Source: Acidobacteriota bacterium (GTDB lineage: Bacteria > Acidobacteriota > Thermoanaerobaculia > UBA5066). From it: a DNA stretch of 64,000 nt. Positions 19,173 through 28,448 of the stretch are shown piece after piece. The translations under genes and the position numbers were made by a program. How positions within the stretch are numbered: the first letter of the stretch is position 1; each line of letters opens with the position of its first letter. The notes under the pieces are model-generated. The model ran no database searches and had not been told where the DNA came from. It was given only the letters and a program-made list of their open reading frames with translations. The stretch spans positions 2,828 through 66,827 of the forward strand of contig JAKPXO010000168.1 in assembly GCA_029567505.1 (NCBI GenBank). The letters are read 5' to 3'.

Positions 19173-19201
19173 GATTAGAGGCGGATTAGCCGGACGATTT
19201 C
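19173..19201. promoter_or_regulatory. GATTAG direct repeats (11–12 bp phasing) in the cusC/cusR divergent intergenic region
   Basis: GATTAGaggcgGATTAGccggacGATTTC. Helical-turn spacing is typical for OmpR/PhoB-family regulators. Confidence 0.3.
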
Positions 19202-19230
19202 GTGAGAGTCTCGCGCCGGGAGGGACCGCG

Positions 19231-19905
19231 GTGAGGATCCTGGTCGTCGAGGACGACCCGAAACTGCTCGAGAGCGTCCGCAAGGGACTGAAGGAGGCTG
19301 GTTTCGGCGCCGACGGGGCCTCGGACGGGCGCGAAGGCCTCGAGCGAGCCCTGGAGGACGACTACGACGCGCTCGTCCTCGACGTCATGCTCCCCGGACT
19401 TTCCGGTCTCGACGTCCTTCGCGAGCTCCGGAAGCGGCGCCGGGCGACGCCCGTCCTCGTCCTGAGCGCCCGCTCGGCCGTCGAAGATCGCGTCCGCGGC
19501 CTGGACCTCGGCGCGGACGACTACCTCGCCAAGCCCTTCAGCTTCGCGGAGCTGCTGGCGCGACTCCGGGCGATCACGCGCCGCCCCGCCGTCGAGCCGC
19601 AGACCGTCCTCTCGGCCGGCGATCTGACGGTCGACACCGTCCGGCACGAGGCGCGGCGGGGGGGGCAGCTCCTCGAGCTGACCCCGAAGGAGTTCTCGCT
19701 CCTCGAGTACCTGGCGCGGCGAAAGGGGGTCGTCCTGACGCGGGCCATGATCCTCGACCACGTCTGGGACCTCGACTACGACGGCGGCTCGAACCTCGTC
19801 GAGGTCTACGTCAACTACCTCCGGAAGAAGGTCGACGCGGGGCACGAGGTGAAGCTCATCCACACGGTGCGCGGGGCCGGCTACGTCCTCAGGGAGCCGT
19901 CGTGA
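19231..19905 (+). CDS. cusR: OmpR-family heavy-metal response regulator (CusR/CopR-like)
   Basis: REC domain with a winged-helix output domain (LTPKEFSLLEYLARRKGVVLTR). It is divergent from cusCBA. Confidence 0.9.
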   Translation: MRILVVEDDPKLLESVRKGLKEAGFGADGASDGREGLERALEDDYDALVLDVMLPGLSGLDVLRELRKRRRATPVLVLSARSAVEDRVRGLDLGADDYLAKPFSFAELLARLRAITRRPAVEPQTVLSAGDLTVDTVRHEARRGGQLLELTPKEFSLLEYLARRKGVVLTRAMILDHVWDLDYDGGSNLVEVYVNYLRKKVDAGHEVKLIHTVRGAGYVLREPS

Positions 19906-21320
19906 CCCGGCGCCCGGTCTCCTTCCGGACCCGGCTCGCCCTCGTCTACTCGGGGATCCTCGCCGCGGTCCTCGGCCTCAGCGGCGCCGGGCTCTACTTC
20001 GTCGTCCGCGCCCAGATGATCCGCCACCACGACGGGGAGCTCGCCGAGACCGCCGCCGCCGTCGAGAAGGTCCTGGCGCAGCACGAGGACTGCGCGGACC
20101 TGACGCCCGGGCAGGTGCAGGAGCTGAACCGGTACTCGAAGCTCGTCCTCTTCCACTCGGCCGGCGGGCAGCCCGACGTCTTCTACAGGTCCCCGGACGT
20201 CGCCTCGGTCCCCGGCGCGAGGGAGCTCGCGGCGCGGCCGGAGCTCCTCGAGGAGAGCCCGGGCTATCGGATGTTCGTCGAGGGGCACGACCAGGTCCGC
20301 GTCTACTCCGTCCCGTACCGCTCGCGGGCGGGACGCCGCGGGGTGATCCGGGTGATGGAGCGGATGGGCGACGTGGAGCTGCCGCTCCGGAACCTCCGGC
20401 TGGGGCTCCTCCTCCTCGCTCCCGCGGCGATCGCGCTCTCCGCGATCGTGACGTGGTCGCTTGCCCGGCGCGCACTCGCCCCCGTGGTCGAGGTGACCGC
20501 GCTCGCGCGTGAGATCGAGGCGACGCAGCTCAGCCGGCGGCTCCCCGCCCCGGCCGTGCCGGACGAGATCGGCCGTCTCGTCGAGACGTTCAACCAGATG
20601 ATCGCGAGGCTCGAGTCGTCGTTCGAGGCGATGAAGCGATTCACCGCCGACGCCTCGCACGAGCTCCGGAGCCCGCTCGCGAACGTGAAGAGCACCGTGG
20701 AGCTCGCGCTCGACCGGCCTCGCTCGGACGAGGAGTATCGCTCGGCCCTCGCGAGCGTGGGCGAGGAGGCCGAGCGGCTCCGCCGGATCGTCGAGGACCT
20801 GCTCCTCCTCGCCCGGGCCGACTCGGGCCGCCTCCCGTTCGAGAAGGAGGAGGTCCGCCTCGACGTCCTCGCCCGGGAGGTCGTGGAGTCGTTCGGCCCG
20901 CGCGCCGCGGAGGCCGGGTTGCTGCTCGAGGTCACCGCCGAGCCGGGGACCGTCGTCCTCGGCGACGAGCGCTGGCTCCGGCAGCTCGCGCAGAACCTCG
21001 TGGAGAACGCGGTCCGGTTCTCGCCGCCGGCCGGAGACGGCCTGACTGCGCCCGTAGTGGCGGTCGGCGTCGCGGTCGACGGCCCGATGGCCGTCTTCAC
21101 GGTCGACGACGAGGGGCCCGGGATTCCCGAAGGAGAGCGCAGCCGAGTCTTCGAGCGCTTCTACCGTGTCGACGCCGCGCGCCGTCGGGGAGCCGACACG
21201 GGCGCCGGCCTCGGGCTCGCCATCTGCGCGTGGATCGTCGACGTGCACGGAGGGACGATCGAGGCGCTGGGCCGGGAGGGGTCAGGAACGCGGATGCGCG
21301 TTCGCTTGACGCGGGCTTGA
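19902..21320 (+). CDS. cusS: heavy-metal sensor histidine kinase (CusS/CopS-like)
   Basis: GTGA overlap with cusR. Two TM segments, a HAMP domain, an H-box (ADASHELRSPL) and HATPase motifs (GxGLGL). Confidence 0.9.
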   Translation: MTRRPVSFRTRLALVYSGILAAVLGLSGAGLYFVVRAQMIRHHDGELAETAAAVEKVLAQHEDCADLTPGQVQELNRYSKLVLFHSAGGQPDVFYRSPDVASVPGARELAARPELLEESPGYRMFVEGHDQVRVYSVPYRSRAGRRGVIRVMERMGDVELPLRNLRLGLLLLAPAAIALSAIVTWSLARRALAPVVEVTALAREIEATQLSRRLPAPAVPDEIGRLVETFNQMIARLESSFEAMKRFTADASHELRSPLANVKSTVELALDRPRSDEEYRSALASVGEEAERLRRIVEDLLLLARADSGRLPFEKEEVRLDVLAREVVESFGPRAAEAGLLLEVTAEPGTVVLGDERWLRQLAQNLVENAVRFSPPAGDGLTAPVVAVGVAVDGPMAVFTVDDEGPGIPEGERSRVFERFYRVDAARRRGADTGAGLGLAICAWIVDVHGGTIEALGREGSGTRMRVRLTRA

Positions 21321-21496
21321 CGCGTTCCCGGACGATGCTGTCCGCTGACCGCCAGGCCCGCGCGTTGGCGAGCCAGAGCGCACGGTGAGTCCCTCGCGGG
21401 GTCTTCAGGGAGTCCGCGGCGGACGTGGCCGGGCGGCGCCTCCCGTCTCTCCCTCCGGGCTTCGCGCCCACCAGGCGTGACGTCGCGGCGTGGAAA

Positions 21497-21525
21497 GGGA
21501 GGGAGCCGCCGAGTGGCTCCCTCCC
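21497..21525. terminator. GC-rich hairpin between convergent cusS and cytochrome genes
   Basis: GGGAGGGAGCC-gccgagt-GGCTCCCTCCC, followed on the + strand by TCTCGTTCCGTCTCGT. Confidence 0.3.
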
Positions 21526-21558
21526 TCTCGTTCCGTCTCGTGGGATCGAGGACGGGGT

Positions 21559-23352
21559 TCAGTCCTCCCGGCCCGGCGTCGCGCCACCGGGCGCGTCGGG
21601 ACGAGGTGCAGCCGAAAGTGCCTGCCCGGTCACCGAGCCCGTCGCAGTGGTGTTCCACCACGTCCCACCCGGACCGAAGAAGCCCTTCAGGATCGTGGCC
21701 GTCTCCTTGTCGCTCAGCTCGTTCCACTTCGAGAAGTTGTCGTTCGTGAACGAGGTGTTGAAGTTGAGGGGCCGGCCTCCGTGGCAGCTCGCGGCACAGG
21801 AGCTCGGCATCCCGCCCTTTTCCTGGTAGAGGAGGGTCTTCTCCGGCGGGATGGCCTCCATCGTGTGCGAGACCTCGTCGTACGACCAGTCGCGCTTCGC
21901 CGTCCTCGGCATGTGGCAGGTGATGCAGTTCGACTGCCCGAGAGTCATCTCCGGCGTATAGGCGTGGAAGGTGTGCGCGCCGACGACCTGGGCGATCTCC
22001 GCCTTGTTCTGCTCGTAGGCGCCGACCTTGGCGACCGTCAGCGCCTTGAACGGGCCGAAGCCGGCGTGGCACGAGAGGCACAGCGTGTTGTTCGTGAAGC
22101 TCGTGGCGATGGCGTTCTTCTCCGTGACGGGGAGGCCGCGCTCACCGCTGTGAGGGTTGTGGCAGTCCGAGCAGGTCACCGTGTGGAACGGGTTCGTGAA
22201 GTGAGCGCTGACCATGTGGGACTGGTACTGCTGCTCGCCCTTCGTCGGGGTCTTGCCGTCGGGCCAGCGCCCGCCCTCGTCGTGCAGGTACTTGAAGACG
22301 TCGTCCCCGATCTGGTACGGCTTGTCGGCCGTCTCGTCGTAGGGATAGTCGTGGAGGCCGCCCGGAACGGAGAGCCCGCGGGTGTGGCACTGGGCGCAGA
22401 GCCAGGTCTGCTGCTGCTTCGTCAGGGAGGCGGGGTTGAGGATCTTCGTCTTGTCGCCGCCGGCGAGGATGTGGAGGGAGCCCGGCCCGTGGCACGACTC
22501 GCACGAGACCCCCATGAACTGCTTCGTGCCGTCCTGGTTGAGGTCGGCGTAATGGCGGTCGGTTCCGGAGTACAGGACGACCGTCGGCGCCTTGACCCAC
22601 CATTCTCCGGTCGCCGTCTTGCCGACCTTGTAGCCCGTGACGTGGCAGCCGACGCAGCTCTTCGTCCAGTTCCGGCCGATGGCCGCGACCGCCGCTGCCG
22701 TCATTCCGGGGACGATCTTCGGCTTCCCGTCGGCGGCCCACCACTTGTCCGCGTTGTAGAGGGCGTACTCGCGGTAGCGGGGCGAGTAGGCGAACGGCAG
22801 CATGTAGATCGACTGCGTCATCCCGCCGGGTCCGTCGGTGACGGGAATCCGCACCATGAGGCGCTGCTGGTAGTACCCCCCCTGCTTGATCCCGACGGTG
22901 AGAGTGAGGGAGCCGATGGTGACCCGGTAAGGGTACGGAGCCCCCGCGACGAAGCTCAGGACGGGCGCGTTCGGCTTGTAGACGTCGAAGGGGGACGCGA
23001 TCTTGTTGAAGTCGAGCCCCTCCTTGAAGTCGTCCTCGCCGTTCTTGTTCCCGTCGAAGATGATCCCCTTGTCGGGCAGCATCGAGCCGAGGTCGTCCGG
23101 GACCGTCGCGTGCATCGTCGCGTGGGCGCTCGTCCTCCAGGAGGCGTAATCCCTGTGGCAGGCGATGCAGGTCTCCGGGCCGACGTACATCGCCGTCTCC
23201 GCGGCCTGCGGGGCCATACGGCTCTTCACGAGGGCGACGACCCTAGCCTGCTCCGAGGCCGGGACCACCTCGCGTTTCCCCGCCGATGCCGGGAGCGCAG
23301 AGACGCCGAGCGCCACGACGGCCCCGGCGAGGACTACTCTCGGGAATCGCAT
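21559..23352 (-). CDS. multihaem c-type cytochrome (about 8 haem motifs)
   Basis: Start taken at MRFPRVVLAGAVVALGVSALPASA (signal peptide, RBS GGAGAGGAGAG). Haem motifs are CIACH, CVGCH, CESCH, CAQCH, CSDCH, CLSCH and CITCH, plus a CAASCH variant. Confidence 0.8.
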   Translation of the reverse strand: MRFPRVVLAGAVVALGVSALPASAGKREVVPASEQARVVALVKSRMAPQAAETAMYVGPETCIACHRDYASWRTSAHATMHATVPDDLGSMLPDKGIIFDGNKNGEDDFKEGLDFNKIASPFDVYKPNAPVLSFVAGAPYPYRVTIGSLTLTVGIKQGGYYQQRLMVRIPVTDGPGGMTQSIYMLPFAYSPRYREYALYNADKWWAADGKPKIVPGMTAAAVAAIGRNWTKSCVGCHVTGYKVGKTATGEWWVKAPTVVLYSGTDRHYADLNQDGTKQFMGVSCESCHGPGSLHILAGGDKTKILNPASLTKQQQTWLCAQCHTRGLSVPGGLHDYPYDETADKPYQIGDDVFKYLHDEGGRWPDGKTPTKGEQQYQSHMVSAHFTNPFHTVTCSDCHNPHSGERGLPVTEKNAIATSFTNNTLCLSCHAGFGPFKALTVAKVGAYEQNKAEIAQVVGAHTFHAYTPEMTLGQSNCITCHMPRTAKRDWSYDEVSHTMEAIPPEKTLLYQEKGGMPSSCAASCHGGRPLNFNTSFTNDNFSKWNELSDKETATILKGFFGPGGTWWNTTATGSVTGQALSAAPRPDAPGGATPGRED

Positions 23353-23597
23353 CAGTCTCTCCTCTCCTTCCGTGAGCAGCCGCTCCCTCGTCGACGGAAC
23401 GCGCGGTTCCCGCCTCGCCTCACTCAGGCGGATGCCAGGCGTTCCCGGGCGCACGTAAAGAGAGAATGGCGCTCCATATCGTTTTTCATAATGAACTGCG
23501 AGATACGGAGCTGCATGATGCGAACGCACCAATTTCGCGGAGGGACGGGCTCCCGTGCGCCTCCGGTATCCTCAGGAAGGCCGCGGCCACGATCCTG

Positions 23598-24371
23598 ATG
23601 CACCTCGTGCTCTTCGCTCTCGCTTCGTTCTTCGCGTCGGGGCTCACGCTCTTTTCCGGCTTCGGCCTCGGGACGATCCTCCTGCCCGTCTTCGTCCTGT
23701 ACCTGCCCGTGGACACGGCGGTCGCGCTGACCGCGATCGTCCATCTCGCCAACAGCCTCCTGAAGGTCGGATTCCTCGGCCGCCACGCCGACAGGTCGGT
23801 CGCGCTTCGTTTCGGGGTGCCCGCCGTCCTCGCCGCTCTGGTGGGTGCGTGGGCCCTCCTCTCGCTCGCCAAGGCCCCTCCGCTCTTCTCCTGGACCCTC
23901 GGCGACAGGCTCCTGCACGTCGAGCCCATCAAGCTGGCGGTCGCGGTCCTGATGGTCGCCTTCGCGCTCCTCGAGCTCTCTCCCCGCTTCACCGCCTGGG
24001 CGGTCCCCCCCCGCTGGCTCCCGGTGGGAGGCGCTCTGGCCGGATTCTTCGGAGGACTCTCGGGCCACCAGGGGTCGCTGAGGACGGCCTTCCTGTCGCA
24101 CTGCGGCCTCACGAAGGAGGCGTTTCTCGGCACGGGCGTCGTCATCGCCTGTGCCGTCGACGTGGCGCGCCTCGGCGTCTACGCGCCACGCCTCGCCTCG
24201 GGCGGGCTCGCAGGACATGGTCTCAAGGTCGCGGTCGCGACCGGAGCCGCCTTCCTCGGTGTCTGGTCCGCGAACCGGCTGCTCCCCAGGGTCACGCTCC
24301 GGGGCGTGAGACTCGTCGTAGCGGTCGCCCTCGTCGTCCTCGGTGTCGCCATGGGGGTCGGCCTCGTCTGA
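23598..24371 (+). CDS. TauE/SafE-family permease (sulfite/anion exporter-like)
   Basis: Start MHLVLFALASFF within track ORF 23466..24371. An 8-TM glycine-rich repeat architecture typical of TauE/SafE. Confidence 0.75.
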   Translation: MHLVLFALASFFASGLTLFSGFGLGTILLPVFVLYLPVDTAVALTAIVHLANSLLKVGFLGRHADRSVALRFGVPAVLAALVGAWALLSLAKAPPLFSWTLGDRLLHVEPIKLAVAVLMVAFALLELSPRFTAWAVPPRWLPVGGALAGFFGGLSGHQGSLRTAFLSHCGLTKEAFLGTGVVIACAVDVARLGVYAPRLASGGLAGHGLKVAVATGAAFLGVWSANRLLPRVTLRGVRLVVAVALVVLGVAMGVGLV

Positions 24372-24447
24372 GAGCTCCCTCCGCCAGCGACCTCGACCGG
24401 GGTCGGCTCCAGGACGGGTCGCGCTCCCGGCCCGCTGCTAGACTCCT

Positions 24448-24864
24448 GTGATGAGCAGGCTGGACCCCGACCCGCTGGACCGCGAAGTCCTGCTGGCCTT
24501 TTGGAAGGTCCACATCCTCCATCACGCGTCGAAGGGGCCCGTCTACGGGCTCTGGCTGGTCCAGGAGCTCGCCGAGCACGGCTACCGGCTGAACCCTGGC
24601 ACGCTCTATCCGGTCCTCGACCGGATGGAGCGGAACGGATGGCTCCTGTCGGAACGAGCGCGTGAAGATCACATCCGGAGCCGCCGCTCCTACACCATCA
24701 CGGCGGAGGGCCACGCGGTCCTCGACCGGCTGCGCGGATTCGTCGAAGAGCTGCACCGCGAGGTCTCCGAACGGGCCGAGAGGAAGCGGAGCGCTCCGAA
24801 GGGACGCGCGCCCGTCCAGACGGCGCCGACGCGGGCGCGGGCGACAGGTCGCCCGCGCGCCTGA
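24448..24864 (+). CDS. PadR-family transcriptional regulator
   Basis: Winged-helix signature HGYRLNPGTLYPVLDRMERNGWL. Confidence 0.75.
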   Translation: MMSRLDPDPLDREVLLAFWKVHILHHASKGPVYGLWLVQELAEHGYRLNPGTLYPVLDRMERNGWLLSERAREDHIRSRRSYTITAEGHAVLDRLRGFVEELHREVSERAERKRSAPKGRAPVQTAPTRARATGRPRA

Positions 24865-24944
24865 CCGGGCCGGCCGTCCGGCGCTCGCCGGCTCGCGCTC
24901 CCGGTCGCGACCCGGGACCCCCGGGCTCCTCACAGCGTCGAGAT

Positions 24945-24960
24945 TGATGCGCGCGCATCA
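24945..24960. promoter_or_regulatory. 16-bp perfect palindrome TGATGCGCGCGCATCA between padR and the barrel gene
   Basis: Self-complementary sequence ~90 nt upstream of the barrel-gene ATG, flanked by the AT-richer CGATTCATTTCGATATCG. Confidence 0.3.
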
Positions 24961-25051
24961 TTCCGAGCAGCGGATCGCGGAACTACGATTCATTTCGATA
25001 TCGGTTTTCGAGTTAGCGGGCGGCCCGGCCGCGCGCTTTCGGGGAGAGACG

Positions 25052-26929
25052 ATGAGCACTGGCCCTCGCGCGGCTCCCCTTCTCGCCGCGCTCCTTCTCA
25101 CCGGCGCGCCGCAGCTGGCCCTCGTCGCCGCGGGCCCGACCGTCAAAGGATCGGTTTCCGTGGGAATCGCCGGCACCTCGACCTCCGGGTCGGCGGAGGC
25201 GTTCAAGAGCCAGTTCTTCCTGGGCGAGGGCTTCTTCCTCGAAGGACTCTCGCTCTCGGCGCTCGGGGCGGACGGCCGCGAGAAGCTGAACGTCTCGGCC
25301 TGGGGCTTCGGCGGGGCCGAGCCGGCCCAGGCGGCGCGCCTTTCCTGGCTGCCGAACGACCGCTGGAAGCTCGACCTCGAGTATGACAAGCGCTGGTCGT
25401 TCCTCGGTCTCGCGGAGGCCGACGTCGGTTCCCGATCGGACCTCTGGCGGATCGAGCGCTGGCGCGGCTCGCTGAGCTGGGACGGCCCCTCATGGGGGAA
25501 GCTCTCCCTCCGACTTCGACGTAACGATCGGCGCGGTACCGTCCACCAGACGTTCTTCGGCCTCAACGAGCCCAACCCTCTCCGTGTCGAGCTCGACGAG
25601 TCCTTGACCGAGGCCGCGATACGCTTCGAGACGAAGGCCGATGGGCCGTTCCACCTCTCGGTCGAGCCCTCCTACGGCGTCTTCGAACGGAAGAACCGCT
25701 GGTTCCCCGACGGCTCCGGCGTCGACCCGGACGTCCTCACCGACGTCGCTTCGAGCCGCGAGGACGAGCAGACGATTCCCGGCGCTCGCGCCGCGGCCTC
25801 CTATCGGATCGAGCGCTTCGAGGCCGTCGCGAACGTCCTCTGGAGCGGCTCGGAGCTCGACGTCACGGGGGACCGGTCGGCAGGCTGGAGCGTGGGCGGC
25901 GGCTCGATCGGAACGGTCGAGGACGTCGACAGGACGATCGGCTCGGCCAGCCTCGACACCCTCGCCGGCAACCTGCGCCTCGGCATCGGCCTCGGGGGCG
26001 GCTTCGTCCTCCGGATCACCGGTGACGCCCGCGACCGCACGACCGACTCCACGCTCCTCGGCGAACGGCTCCTCCGCATCTCGAACGCCGGAAGCACGCT
26101 CGAGCTCCCGAGCGTCGTGGACGAATCCGCCCTGTTCGACACCCGCGACCTCATGGGGCGGGCCGAGCTCGCCTTCGAGACGCCTCGTTTCGGTGCCTGG
26201 GTCGGGGGGTTCCTCGCCTCGCGCGAAGTGTCGTGGAGGGCGACGAGCGCCGATGCCCTCGCCGACGTCACGAGGGACACCGAAGGCCTCGCCGCGGGCC
26301 TCAGCATCGTCCTTCCCGCCCGGCTCCGTCTCAACGTCGATTACGAGCACGGCTCCTTCACCGACTACGTCTTCCGCACTGACCCCGAAGCCGTCGACCG
26401 CATCCGCGGCCGCCTCCGCGGTGAGCTCGGCGGCGGCTTCTCGGCCGCTCTACACGGGCGATACGAGAAGGCGGACACCCCCCCATCCGTGGCCCACCTC
26501 GACCGCAAGAACACGTCCGGCGGCCTCTCTCTGGCCTGGGACGCCCCGAAGGGGGCTCATGGCGCTTCTTTCGACGTCGAAGCCGTCGACCTGACGAGCG
26601 AGACCGGAATCGTCTTTCCCGGGTTCGGCGGCGCCACGACGCGGGGGACGTCTGTCTACGACCTTTCCCTTCTCACGCTCACCGCATCGGCCCGCACGGG
26701 ATTCGGCCCCGTGACGCTGAGCCTCGACGGCACGCGCGTCGAGGACCGCGGCGAGACCTGGCCGGCGCGCGCGTGGACGGCGCAGGCGCGACTGTCCGTG
26801 AAGCTACCCGCGTCCGTCGAGGCCTCTGCCTTCGTCCAGTACTGGAAGTACGACGAGGATCGCGCCGACCGTGACGACTACCGTGCCGCGCGCTACGGCC
26901 TCGTCCTCCGTTGGGAGCTCCCCAAGTGA
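25052..26929 (+). CDS. outer-membrane beta-barrel protein, candidate porin partner of the decahaem cytochrome (MtrB/PioB-like role)
   Basis: Signal peptide MSTGPRAAPLLAALLLTGAPQLALVAA. 625 aa with an alternating beta-strand pattern rich in G/S/T/D/R. The stop overlaps the GTG of the next gene. Confidence 0.7.
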   Translation: MSTGPRAAPLLAALLLTGAPQLALVAAGPTVKGSVSVGIAGTSTSGSAEAFKSQFFLGEGFFLEGLSLSALGADGREKLNVSAWGFGGAEPAQAARLSWLPNDRWKLDLEYDKRWSFLGLAEADVGSRSDLWRIERWRGSLSWDGPSWGKLSLRLRRNDRRGTVHQTFFGLNEPNPLRVELDESLTEAAIRFETKADGPFHLSVEPSYGVFERKNRWFPDGSGVDPDVLTDVASSREDEQTIPGARAAASYRIERFEAVANVLWSGSELDVTGDRSAGWSVGGGSIGTVEDVDRTIGSASLDTLAGNLRLGIGLGGGFVLRITGDARDRTTDSTLLGERLLRISNAGSTLELPSVVDESALFDTRDLMGRAELAFETPRFGAWVGGFLASREVSWRATSADALADVTRDTEGLAAGLSIVLPARLRLNVDYEHGSFTDYVFRTDPEAVDRIRGRLRGELGGGFSAALHGRYEKADTPPSVAHLDRKNTSGGLSLAWDAPKGAHGASFDVEAVDLTSETGIVFPGFGGATTRGTSVYDLSLLTLTASARTGFGPVTLSLDGTRVEDRGETWPARAWTAQARLSVKLPASVEASAFVQYWKYDEDRADRDDYRAARYGLVLRWELPK

Positions 26930-27744
26930 AGTCCACCCTTCTTGCCTTCGCCTTCCTCATCTCTCCCGCCGCGCTGGGTGAGCCCGTCGACGCGGCCACC
27001 TGCGCCGCCTGCCACGAGGACGTCGCCTCCGCGTTCGCGCGCGGCCCGCACGGCGCCGCGATGGCGAGACGGAGCCCGAAGGTCTTGTCCTCCTCGTGCG
27101 TCCGCTGCCACGGCGACGGAAAGGCCCACGCCGAGGACCCGAAGGCGGAGAACGTCTCCCGAGCTCCCGCCCCCGGCGCCTGCCTTTCCTGCCACGCGGG
27201 CTCGGGAACCACCCCCCTGACGGATCCCGCCCACGCCCGGGGCCAGGTCGGCTGCCTCTCGTGCCATGCCTCGGGCCACACGGCGCCGGCGGCCGCGCCG
27301 CTCCTTCGAGCGTCCTCCCACGAGCTCTGCGGCGGGTGCCACGCGACCCAGCGGAACGCCTCGAAGCTCGCGTACTCCCACCGCGACGGCTCGCGCCCCT
27401 TCGACTGCACGAGCTGCCACTCGGCTCACGGAAAGTCCCGCATCGGGCGCCTCGCCCTGCTCGGCAACGGCGGCCCCTGCCTCGACTGTCACTCCGAGAA
27501 GGCCGGCCCCTGGGTCTTCGCCCACCCGCCGCGAGAGACCGGCGGCTGCGTCTCCTGCCACCAGCCCCACGGCTCCACGAACCCGCGGCTCCTGGCACGA
27601 CGGGCGGTCGCCCCGCTCTGCCTCGAGTGCCATTCGGGCCTGCCCTCATCCCACAACCCGGCATCGGCCCGCTACCGGAACTGCATCTCGTGCCATCGCG
27701 CCGTCCACGGCTCGAACCACGAGCCGAGGCTCTTCGAGGATTGA
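26926..27744 (+). CDS. periplasmic decahaem c-type cytochrome (MtrA/DmsE/PioA-like)
   Basis: GTG start in the GTGA overlap. Signal peptide MKSTLLAFAFLISPAALG. Ten CxxCH motifs: CAACH, CVRCH, CLSCH x2, CGGCH, CTSCH, CLDCH, CVSCH, CLECH, CISCH. Confidence 0.85.
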   Translation: MKSTLLAFAFLISPAALGEPVDAATCAACHEDVASAFARGPHGAAMARRSPKVLSSSCVRCHGDGKAHAEDPKAENVSRAPAPGACLSCHAGSGTTPLTDPAHARGQVGCLSCHASGHTAPAAAPLLRASSHELCGGCHATQRNASKLAYSHRDGSRPFDCTSCHSAHGKSRIGRLALLGNGGPCLDCHSEKAGPWVFAHPPRETGGCVSCHQPHGSTNPRLLARRAVAPLCLECHSGLPSSHNPASARYRNCISCHRAVHGSNHEPRLFED

Positions 27745-27884
27745 GGGGAGCCCCCGGACCCCGGCACGTGGCGAGGCCCGCCGGGTTCCTTCTTCATGAC
27801 GAGGCGAAGCCTGTAAAGATCGATCCCGCCGGACTCCTCCTTCGGGTCGACGCGCAATCCGGAAGAACGAATCCACCCGGCGGG

Positions 27885-28298
27885 ACGATGGGGCGGGGGG
27901 TCGAAAGGCCCCCTCTTCCTTCGCTTCCCGCGGGGTTCGACGTCCGGCCCGCGCCCCCCTGCGGGACCTGCACGATCCGGCTCGTCGACCTCGCGTACCA
28001 ACGAGCCCCATGGTTCCGTCTCGTCCGTGAGCCGTTCCGCGTCGGAATGCTCGCGCTCTCCCGGCTCCACGGGATCGACCCGACGACGTACGCCGTGAGA
28101 ACCGAAGCCTGCCGCGGCTGTCTCCGCTTCACCAAGGCCGTCCTGAAGGATCGCTCTGCCCTCTTCCGGCTCCTGAACCGGGTCGTCAACCCGTTCTTCG
28201 ACGCGATCCTCGAGCGGATCGTGGGTGCGCAGGCCGTGGCCGACGCGAAGGAGCATGCGCGGCGCGCGACCGCAGGGGAACCGTCCGGATCGCAGTAA
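27885..28298 (+). CDS. hypothetical protein with two CxxC pairs
   Basis: GC3-biased frame ending at the stop shared with track ORF 27096..28298. Contains CGTC...CRGC and LFRLLNRVVNPFFDAILERIVG. The start is uncertain. Confidence 0.35.
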   Translation, partial: TMGRGVERPPLPSLPAGFDVRPAPPCGTCTIRLVDLAYQRAPWFRLVREPFRVGMLALSRLHGIDPTTYAVRTEACRGCLRFTKAVLKDRSALFRLLNRVVNPFFDAILERIVGAQAVADAKEHARRATAGEPSGSQ

Positions 28299-28448
28299 GC
28301 GAAGGCCCCCGGAGGACCCGGGATGCGTGACGTCGACGTGATCGAGAGCCGGGAGACCGACGTCCGGACCGTTCGGCGCGGACGCTCGACACCGCGTGGT
28401 ACGCGGCGCTTCGAGCCGGGCGAAGGGGCCGTGCTACCCTCCGCCCCC

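Noticed and set aside
21490-23598. 702-aa plus-strand ORF across the multihaem cytochrome gene
   Set aside because: It is antisense to a gene with eight CxxCH motifs and a signal peptide. Its translation is Arg/Gly-rich noise.
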